The notes under the pieces were generated by a model. It was not told the DNA's origin and did not search any database. It saw only the letters and a list, made by a program, of their open reading frames with translations. A program made the position numbers and the translations under genes. Below are positions 54,255 through 64,000 of a stretch of 64,000 nucleotides of DNA, one piece after another. Numbering within the stretch: the stretch's first letter is position 1; every line of letters begins with the position of its first letter. This DNA is from Octopus bimaculoides (Eukaryota), in contig NC_068991.1 of NCBI RefSeq assembly GCF_001194135.2, positions 80,373,160-80,437,159 on the forward strand, written 5' to 3'.

Positions 54255-54286
<32 letters not shown>

Positions 54287-54660
54287 GCCTTTGCACAGCT
54301 TCTAACGCTGGAGATGTACTACAGTGTCAGTTGTTCACTACCAGTGAACTAAGGTAACACCCCTTATTTTTCGAGCACCTTCCGGAGTATTCCAGCGATT
54401 CCAAGCAGTGCTGTTTTCTGGAAGTGCTCCACTCTTATTGCAGCCCCTATTTGTTCCGCGTACTTCTCGAGATTTTTACTCACTGTTCCCAGGGCTCCGA
54501 CAATTATTGATACTACTTCTACCTTTTTCATCGACCCCAACTGCTTAACTTCCCAAGCTAACCTGTCATATCTCTCGACTTTTCTTTCTTCCTTATCACA
54601 TATCTTGTTGTCAGCTGGGCATGCTATATCAATGATTCAGCAGAGTTTGCTTTGTTTCTC
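54287..54660 (-). mobile_element. RLE LINE 3' end (subfamily c, inverted relative to 52527-52767)
   Basis: IIDIACPADNKICDKEERKVERYDRLAWEVKQLGSMKKVEVVSIIVGALGTVSKNLEKYAEQIGAAIRVEHFQKTALLGIAGILRKVLEK*. Confidence 0.88.
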
Positions 54661-54679
54661 AATAATTATTATTATTATT

Positions 54680-54878
54680 CAGTAGTTTTATTTTTATAAC
54701 GTGCTTTCACTTCACTACCAAGCACAACTCTGTGCGCCTTGGGTATGTGCTGTGGTTTGCTGTGATGCTCTCATGTTTACTGTATTGAAAGTGTTTTGCG
54801 TAGGATGTGTGCAGTGCCCAGGAGTGCAACTTTCTGTATGTTATATATATTTGTAAGTCCTGGTGTTTTTGTTATGTA
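54680..54878 (-). mobile_element. RLE LINE extreme 3' end (subfamily d)
   Basis: YITKTPGLTNIYNIQKVALLGTAHILRKTLSIQ* plus 3' UTR, flanked by (AAT)n. Confidence 0.8.
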
Positions 54879-54879
54879 G

Positions 54880-54928
<49 letters not shown>

Positions 54929-55094
54929 CATTATTATTATTATATGTATGTGTATGTGTGTGCATGTGTGCATGCCTACGTACATGCATGTGTGTGTGTG
55001 CATGGGTAGTCTTTTATTGAAACTGAAACAGTGAGTCTGATAACCCAAGTTCCATCCCACTGCAATTTTCCAGTGAATCATTCCACATCGTATT

Positions 55095-55129
<35 letters not shown>

Positions 55130-55533
55130 GTGCACGTACGCACACAGATATATGTATATATGTCTATAGGGTACATCATATATATATGTATGCATTTTCT
55201 TTACTCCTGATCAGACCTGTGATCAAATGCATGTCAACCATGAGCATCCCCTCTTTTATTCAATTATATCAAGGACAACATTATACAATGTATCCTTCTC
55301 TTTTTAAGACAGTTTGATGTGAGAGGAAGGAGATTTTGCTGTTGTTTCTAGTTGGGGGTCAATGGAGCTGTATACGGACTCTCCGAATAGCAAGTGGATG
55401 TATGCATGGATGGATGGATGGATGAGTGATGGGTTACTGCAGGAATGGATGTAAACCTGCATGCATGGATGTGTGTGTGTGTTTTCATAAACCTGGCTGT
55501 GCATATGTATATGTATGCATATTTATATTTGAA

Positions 55534-55585
<52 letters not shown>

Positions 55586-55588
55586 TGT

Positions 55589-55619
<31 letters not shown>

Positions 55620-56828
55620 CATATGCATGAGCATGTGTGCTTGAGAGAGTGTTTATATATATTAATGAAACTACTAAATGCACCAAAGATCACTGTATGC
55701 AACTTGATATATATATATATGTATATATATACATATATGAGTGTGTGTGTGTATGCGTATGTGTGTGTATATATGTATGTGTGTATGTATGTGTGTATGT
55801 ATGTATATNNNNNNNNNNATATATTCCTCCTCCTCATCTGCATTTTAACAGGTACACTTCTGTACATAACATGACAATTGTGATATTTAAGTGTATCTAT
55901 CTATCTATATATATATATATATTTATATATACATGTATACATATATTCATACACACAAACACACACACATGCATATATATATATATATATATATATGTAC
56001 ATATTATGTATACATATGCATATGCAGACATAAATGTGTGTGTGTATGGATATATATATATATATATATGGTTACATCTGGCTCACTGGGCAGCATATGC
56101 TTAGAATGTCTGTTTTCTCCTCTTATCTCTAATCAACTCTTTGTGATTAAAGATTGATTTGTTTTGAATGATAGATGAGCCTGATTTAATCTAAATCTTG
56201 TCTTTTGTCGACTGAAGATTACCAGAAACGCATTGCAAATCTCAAGGTGAACTTGTACCAACATAATTACCTTCATAGATGATACCATTCAGTCTGTGGA
56301 ATTTTAACAACCAAATTTTTATAGTCAATGTCTCAGCAGTGCTGACATCTTTCTTATTTAACATGTATGTATGTATGTAGGTATGTATGCATGCATGTAT
56401 GTATGTATGTATGAATGTATGTATGTATGTATGTATGTATGTATGTATGCATGCATGTGCGTATGTATGTATGTATGTGAAGTTTGTTGCCAGGAGCATA
56501 TAACACTAGAACATGTTCAATTCTACATTTTTTACAACATGAACCATTTGTGATTCAATGAACTTCGAATGTGATAAATTTCATTCATTAAACAATATAC
56601 TGAGCCTAAGAGTTAGAAAATAACAAAAGGATTCTTGCACAGAGAGAGATTAATTAAGATTCCTGATATGAAAGGCTTTTAAAAAGTTTTGCTTTGTGAG
56701 AACAGACCTTGGAGCAGGAAGAAAAGGCACTGAGTCACTGAAAGGGCTGTGAACGGCAGCAAAAGGATTTGGACCAGCAAACAACCAATGTGTTTGTTTA
56801 ACTGACACATTAAACAAACACATTAAAG

Positions 56829-56862
<34 letters not shown>

Positions 56863-56884
56863 TTATAGTCATATACATACATAC

Positions 56885-56923
<39 letters not shown>

Positions 56924-57019
56924 CAGCAAATAAGAAAATGGAGAGGATATAAAATCAACAGACATCAGCCGGTAAACATTCAAGTGTCCCTTAGCTGGTT
57001 TCTCAACTTCTTACTCATA

Positions 57020-57069
<50 letters not shown>

Positions 57070-57070
<1 letters not shown>

Positions 57071-57760
57071 GCACACTATATAATGAAATCCATCGCAAGG
57101 ATAACCCTGAAGCCAAAGAAATAAGAGCCTTCACTATGGCAGAAGCCATAGTGACACATAATGGAAAAGGGGTACTGGTGTAAAGTCCCAGTGAAAATCT
57201 CAATAAAATGTAAGAACAACAGACCTGATATGATGATTTGGGATAGAGAAGAGAAACTGTGTAGAGTTGTAGAAATTAGCTGCCTAACGAGTGTTAATGC
57301 AATGATCAGTGAAAAGGAAAATACTTATGCTGAACTATTGAGAAATTTACAGTTACTCTATCCAAATTACAAGTTTATACCTGTAATTATTGGGGCACTG
57401 GGATATGTAACACACTGCCTAAAAACCAATTTTGAGAAATTAGGCTTCTCAAAACTAGAAAGGGGAAAGCTGATTCAAGGACTACAGGTTCAATCCATCA
57501 CTGGAACTGTAAAAATCTGGAATATCTTCCAGAGGTTTATCAATTATACGTATATGAACATGTCTAGATATGCAACTATATGCATGAGAATACATACATA
57601 AAACAAGATATAGAAATCTGCACATATACATTCATACATACATACAAAACACCCTGTTGTTGATGTTGAAATTCCAATGAAGGAACCTTGGATCTAGTTT
57701 TGAAACCATTTCTTTTTCTATTGCCATGAAATCTTGAAATAAAACTGAATAATGACATAA
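57070..57760 (+). mobile_element. RLE-type LINE 3' fragment (PD-(D/E)xK endonuclease) plus 3' UTR and (TACA)n tail
   Basis: NNRPDMMIWDREEKLCRVVEISC...EKENTYAELLRNLQLLYPNYKFIPVIIGALG; RPD..E..K-Y pattern of RLE domains. Confidence 0.88.
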
Positions 57761-59672
57761 ATACATACATACATGCATATATACAAGCATATATACAAGC
57801 ATATATACATGCATATATACATACATACATGCATATATACATACATACATACATTACATTCCCTACACACCTGCATACATCCAAATCAACATTGATCCTA
57901 TGACACAACGTGATCTGTTTGAAAATATCCTATCCATATCTTAATAAAAATATCTAAAAATAATTTCATATAATAACCAGTTTAAAAATATATTTAATCT
58001 ATCATTTGATTGGGTTGTTTTTCTCAGAGAAGATTCCTGCCAGGAATCCATATTTTTAAATGATTAGTTATTTTAATAAATCCCTCCAATTTTTTTTATT
58101 ATATCCAACATTAACTGAAACATATAGACTGCATGTCTCATTACAAATATAAATATAGCTACAAATGAGTTAAATTTATTGATCTGAAATTTTAGATTCT
58201 GCTAAGTGAAGGTTTAAAGAGTATTTCTCTGGTCAGTGAGGGATCGTGTTTAACATCACATTTTCTCCAAATGGGACTCATCATGATGTTGTATTTGTGA
58301 TATTTGTGATACCCAAGATGGAGAGGCTGGCAATTTTGCTCATTCCTAAGTAAACATGGTTACAGTCTGCTAGGACGTCCAAGTGGATGTTGGTGCCATT
58401 TGGGGAGTCTACCATACTGATGTCAAAGTCTTTTATATTGTTCACAAACATTGTTATATTTCTATGTTCATGAGAAATAGGCTGCACATATATGACCATT
58501 TGTACATAAGTATGTGTTAGAATTATATACATACACATACATGTATTATAAATATATGTATGTATATATGTTATTCTCACACATGTCTACATGCATACCT
58601 GTTTATATATATATATATATNNNNNNNNNNACATCTTTATACACACATATAGTCCTACAAACCATGTATTTATCTATCTATTTAACTACATACAGACATA
58701 CAGACAGACATAGATAGATAGAAAACAAATATTTTTTTAAATAAAAGTTTTAAAACATTTATATTACAAATTATCAGCTTAATTGTTCCAATCATTATAA
58801 ATGCTCTTCAACATTACAAAACAAAACTCGAAGCAAATATATACCCATATCTACATTATGTACCAAAGCAGAAGACTGAGAAAGCTTTGTATATTTTTAA
58901 TTCCATATTACATACTTTAATTACATTAAAACATGTAACATGGAATTTAAAATATACCAAATATTCCCAGTCTTCTGTTTCCATATGTAATTATTCTGCA
59001 AATAAAAGTCTCCAGGAATTTCAATTGCTATGTCTATCTAATTCAAACTTAAACATCTATTTATGTACAATGGATTAATGTGAACATACAAATGTGCTTC
59101 ATGGCAACACAGCTTGGATTATAAACTCCTTCTATACACTACATCCATATTATATTTAGATTAACTCAACAATAAACCTCCCTACAATGATTTATATTAG
59201 TAATTTGAGAAGTAACCAGGTGGCGCTACTGAGAACACAGTGCTCCATAGGAACATTTTCCTTTTAAATAAATCCTTCATGCTAATACTACAACCATTAA
59301 TTATATTGTTTGATAAAATAATGAATGCAGCTCTGTAACATTCCAAATGAACTTGAGATTAATATCAATGCTAAAAAGATTTTCATGTCAAACTTTTTTA
59401 TGTTCCATTCATCTTCAATATTTGTTTTTATAAAGAACTTGCTCAATATGATTTCCAAAAATAAAACAAATCAAAATGAAATAAAATTAAATAAAATGTA
59501 AATGGTGTGATGATAAATATTTTGGGTATTTTATTTTTTTTCAAATACTTATATAAATATATTTCTATATATATTTGTATATAAAGAGATAGCCATATAC
59601 AAGATATGTATATGTGTGTGTGTGTGTGTGGTGTGTGTGTGTATAGTGTGTGTGTGTGTATATATGTGTGTA

Positions 59673-59750
<78 letters not shown>

Positions 59751-59825
59751 AACATATAGATACATATGCATATGTTTCTATTGTATATTATATTATATGA
59801 ATACTCATATACATGCACATTTGTA

Positions 59826-59879
<54 letters not shown>

Positions 59880-59897
59880 CACACACACATACGTATG

Positions 59898-59958
<61 letters not shown>

Positions 59959-60426
59959 TGATGATGATGATGATGATGATGATCTAGCCTGGCTGCTATC
60001 ATTCCATTTACAGGTTATAAATTGTGTGCGTATATTTTCAATATCATTTGGTGAAAATTAATATCTCTATCAATTGATCTCGTAAAATGTTTTAAAACTG
60101 TTGTTGAAAGTCATTTCTATATTGAAAGCAATCCATATATTTGAATCATATTGTTTAATTTGAGGGTTACATCTCTATTTGAGGTATATATATATATATA
60201 TATATATATATGTTTAAAGTATATTGTATATTCTTGTTTAAATAAACTTTGCAAAACAGAATTTCTGGAAATAATTTTTTTGTCTTGTTTACTAAATAAC
60301 TTCAGAAAAAAAATGGTATTTCTAAAAAAAAAAAAAAAAAACACTGTATTAAAAGAATTTCTATGCAAGATTTTGAATACCACAGCTAAGACTCTCCAAA
60401 TTCTCATCCAATGCATCCCTGAGTTG

Positions 60427-61100
60427 TTTTTATCTTTTATCTTTTACTGGTTTCAGCCCAGGGCAGAGGTCATGCTGGTGCATCACCTGTAGTTACTCAG
60501 TGTTATTTCCAGTATTGTTTTTGGTGAAGTAGCGAGTTGGACGGAGCTGCTCAACTTTGCATCTCCTGCCACGATGTGGGTTCATCTGGTATCTCAAATA
60601 GAAACCTGTCCAAACGTTCCTTGAAAACTTCCAGATCAACACCATGTAGATTTCTAAGGTTGCCCAGAAGGATGTTGAACAATTGCAGGTGCTTGAAACC
60701 AAGACTATTGCAGTGCTGTCCAGTTCAAGGATTGGTATAGCAGACAATTCCAAAATTGAGAGCTAAACCCTCCAAGACCTTCCAAATAAATATCACAGCA
60801 TATCTCTCTCGTCTTCTCTCCAAGGAATAGAGACTCAGCTCCTTTAGCCTCTCCCAGTAACCCATCTTTTGCATTGAGTCAATCTTCTTGATGTATTGAC
60901 GCTGGATTGCTTCGAGTTCCACAGTTTGTTTCACGCTCTCTGGGGACCATAGTTGGGAGCAGTTATCCAAGCGGCTGAAAACAAAAGTCTTCCATAGGAA
61001 TAGCAGGACTTCCCTTTTCCTGGTTCTGAATGTCCTCAGAATCCATCCAGCCACTCACCTTCACAGTGTTGCCATCTTGGTAAGATGCATATGGAATGTT
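60427..61100 (-). mobile_element. CR1/L2-group LINE RT C-terminus and 3' UTR
   Basis: GWILRTFRTRKREVLLFLWKTFVFSRLDNCSQLWSP...LEAIQRQY...YWERLKELSLYSLERRRERYAVIFIWKVLEGL; tail ...CTGAAACCAGTAAAAGATAAAAGATAAAA. Confidence 0.9.
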
Positions 61101-62459
61101 GCATCATTGCTCGTGTGTGCAACATAAACATGCAACTTAAAAGAGGTGGAGAGAGAAAAATTCATAAAAACAAATGACATAGATTCACCCACCATCACCA
61201 CCACCTCTAGATTGTTTAGCAACTCTCTGCATAGATTGAATTTATCAGTTGACCATCTTTCTAGAATCTTTAGCCAAACTGTTTGATAGGAAACCTTACA
61301 TATTTCTTTCTAAGACTCTCACTTCAGATACAATTCAGCCATTACTGATTTGTCAGAGAATATTTGTGTAAGTATTTACACTTTTTAAGGTGACACTTTC
61401 CCTTTTAGTTCATGGTTCTAAATTGGGAAAATCTGAAAGTTATGTTTCAAATCTCAGCCAGGATCTTACAACCATATCAAGATGCTTTTCTTTATGTTGT
61501 GCAGAAAATGCAAAGAGTTACTGAATGGGGAAAAAGTTATAGATTCATTCACCTTCTGAAAAAAAATTAATATTAATTTTAGCAGCATAATGACAATCCA
61601 CACATCAAGAAGCACATCTCTGCAAAATTTCTTTAAAAAATATACAAGCAGTCCTCATTTAATATTGATTAGTTTAATGCCGTTTGTTTTAACATCAATA
61701 TAACAAAAAAACAAATCTCTTTTTTTAAATTGGAAAATGTACAATAGAGGAATTGAATTTTGTTTGTTTCTATTTTCCCTTTTTTTTTGTTTGTGTGTGT
61801 AACTTGTTGCATTTTCAATTCAGTAAATAAATAAATGATGAATTAACAGTGATGGATAACCACATTGTTTTTGTTTTTTCATTTCACTAATGTTGTCTGA
61901 GATGTGGAGTTCATACACTGACTGCATAAAGGTGTGGGTCTTTTAAAATGCAGTACCCACCATATAAATAAGGGAGTTTCTTGGACCTTGCATAGAAGTG
62001 GAACTCATTGTGATGGAAGAAGAAGAAGAAGAAGAAACAAAAACTACCATGAATTTTAACAAATTTCTTTGACCTCAGTATATTACAGCTACACAGTACT
62101 GTGCATGCAGAAGGGAGGTGGTATTACTATTAAATTAAGTAAATTTGATATTTGTTTAATTGAGTGTCTGGAAAAACTAGTGACCTAGAATAGCTTTGGA
62201 AGCGAAGGTTCCAGAAAAGCAATGTTGTACTTGTAATGTATTCAAGGTATATCCAGTCAGAAGCTTAGCAAGGGAAAAGGATTATCCGACGCCACCACCG
62301 ACCAATCCCAAGCATAGGTTCGACAAGTCACAATATTTCCCTTGGTCAAACAAGCTTGTCAGTTAAGGTGGGGACGCTAAAAGTGACTCCTCCCTTTGGA
62401 AAGGGAGGAGTATCTGTATAGTTGACGATACATGTCAGCACGCAGGGTATTTTATTCAT

Positions 62460-62610
62460 CCTTACGTTCTGAGTTCAATTTCCACCGAGGTTGACTTTGC
62501 CTTTCACTCCTTTCGGGGTCGATAAAATAAGTATCAAATTTAGAGCACTAGGGTGGGGTCGATGAAATCGACTTAACTGCTCCCTTGAAATTGCTGGCCT
62601 TGTGCCAAAA
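62460..62610 (+). mobile_element. SINE family S1 (headless)
   Basis: GTTCTGAGTTCAATTTCCACCGAGGTTGACTTTGCCTTTCAC...GGCCTTGTGCCAAAATTT. Confidence 0.7.
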
Positions 62611-63428
62611 TTTAAAACCATTATATTATTACAACATAATACTAGCTTGTAAATGGGAGGATGTAGGGCTGACAGAACAGCCACAAATATGATTCCATAA
62701 TACTGACTATCATGTAAAGAGGTTATGTGTAGTTTGTAGAACTGGCTACTTAGTATATTACTGCTATCTATTACATTGGTACAGAACTCCTTGACCAAGT
62801 GGAATCAAACTCGGAGTCATATGGTAACGAAAAAATCTTTTTAGCCATACAGCAATATCTGCAATGAATAAATTTTACAAGGATATGCTGACTGGAAAAT
62901 ATTCTATGATTCTCGAGATTCATTAAAAGATAACTTGTAGAATTTTTTTTATACAAAACTATTTTATGGTCGGATAACAAATGTGGTTGCAAGAGTTCTC
63001 TCCCCTGCATTTGCTAAATCTTTGCTTTTGTTCTTCGCGGGAAAAGGGCCACTCGAAAACTTTCCGATCATATTTCAATTTTAGAAACAATCGATAGTAT
63101 TTAATATTTTCGTTATCATTCGGAAGGCGGACCAAATGTTCTCTGACATTTTTTTTCCCGACTCATTTACGCTCTCGGTTCAAATTGTGCTGAAGTCAAC
63201 TTGCCTTTCATTTTTTCGTGGTCGATATAATAAGAACCAGTTGAGCACACGGATCCATGGAATCGGCTTCCTCTAACATTGCTGGCTTTGTGCCGAAACT
63301 AGGAAGATTTTACATGAGTGATATTTCACTTTATACACCCCGAAAGGATGAAAGGCAAAACTGAACTCAGCAGGATTTGAACATGGAACGTAAAGACCTG
63401 GAATTGTTACTTCATATTAGATAATGTA

Positions 63429-63568
63429 ACCCAATACTCAAGAGGTCTGAACGAAAAACAGAATCGACCCAATAACCTCTGTTCAAAGAAAGGTTATAGG
63501 TCACCGGCCATTAGGGTCTGAAGAGACGCTGTAAAGCTATGCGCTTTATAGATGTGAAACCTTGGGTA
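63429..63568 (+). ncRNA. Candidate retrozyme-like monomer / circularly permuted type I hammerhead (140 nt)
   Basis: Begins ACCCAAT right after GTA and ends ATTAGGGT-CTGAAGA-G-[stem II]-GAAAC-CTTGG-GTA. The first 7 nt pair with ATTAGGGT (stem I). Confidence 0.55.
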
Positions 63569-63685
63569 ACTATATATATATATATATAAAAGATAATAAG
63601 AGTGAAAAAACTACAGAAGGCTTGTGTTACATGGTTAAAGTATATATTTAAATTATGTCAGAAAAATGTTATAAAATTTACATAA

Positions 63686-64000
63686 ATAAGGTTTTCTGAG
63701 GCACAAGTAAAGTCAGATTTAACTTTGAATTTTTGTCCCTCTTTGAAGAGGAATTCTGAACCTTCTAGAATGTTTGGGCATGTTGCGCAATTTGGTCGAC
63801 CACATTTTTTTACTGTTGCATCTGTTATTTTGGAAAATAATTTTGCCTTTGTGAGGATCTTTTTCTGTGATTTTGGTTGTTTGTAGCTTTTAATGATTTT
63901 GTGTGTGTGTAAATTTTCCTTTAATTTGGGGTCCTTATGTAGCATTGGTATGTTTTGGGTGATGATGGTGAAGGCTTCTTTGTTTCTGGGGTTTTATGTG
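63686..64000 (-). pseudogene. Penelope-like element fragment: RT C-terminus, Cys-rich linker and start of GIY-YIG endonuclease, truncated
   Basis: T*NPRNKEAFTIITQNIPMLHKDPKLKE...YKQPKS...KKCGRPNCATCPNILEG...FTCASENLIYV. The CxxxxCxxC linker followed by TC.S.N.IY is characteristic of PLEs. It runs off the window end. Confidence 0.88.

Noticed and set aside
56695-56800. EQTLEQEEKALSH*KGCERQQKDLDQQ coiled-coil-like frame
   Set aside because: Internal stop and no convincing splice sites.
57665-57715. CCAATGAAGGAACC...GAAACC in the RLE 3' UTR, superficially hammerhead-like
   Set aside because: Lacks the CUGANGA core, and stem II does not close.
58281-58500. Non-repetitive part of a 99-aa minus-strand ORF (QPISHEHRNITMFVNNIKDFD...)
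   Set aside because: No recognisable family, no partner exons found, and its N-terminus is microsatellite.

Overview
AT-rich, microsatellite-dense eukaryotic draft-assembly DNA with many N gaps. It is most likely from an octopus or other coleoid cephalopod; this is inferred from repeat content and recalled repeat families, not proven. The only host gene I can support is the 3' half of a copine (CPNE) gene on the + strand. It has eight GT-AG exons between 7478 and 26514, 813 nt in one continuous frame, encoding the end of C2B plus the whole vWA domain. Its upstream exons lie outside the window or were not found. The rest is intronic or intergenic and filled with decayed mobile DNA: Tc1/mariner relics and MITEs, at least seven RLE-type (R4/Dong-like) LINE 3' ends, CR1/L2, RTE and RTE-X relics, Penelope-like RT and GIY-YIG-linker relics, a gag/ORF1-only zinc-knuckle element, and several SINE families. 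The most notable signals are hammerhead-ribozyme motifs. One is a 140-nt unit at 63429-63568 that runs from one predicted cleavage site to the next and completes a type I hammerhead only if circularised or tandemised (retrozyme-like), next to a Penelope relic. The other is an inverted pair of minimal type I hammerhead elements at 5.9-6.7 kb. There are also two pre-miRNA-like hairpins and a ~280-bp intronic foldback. All pairings and translations were done by eye; no database search or folding program was run.
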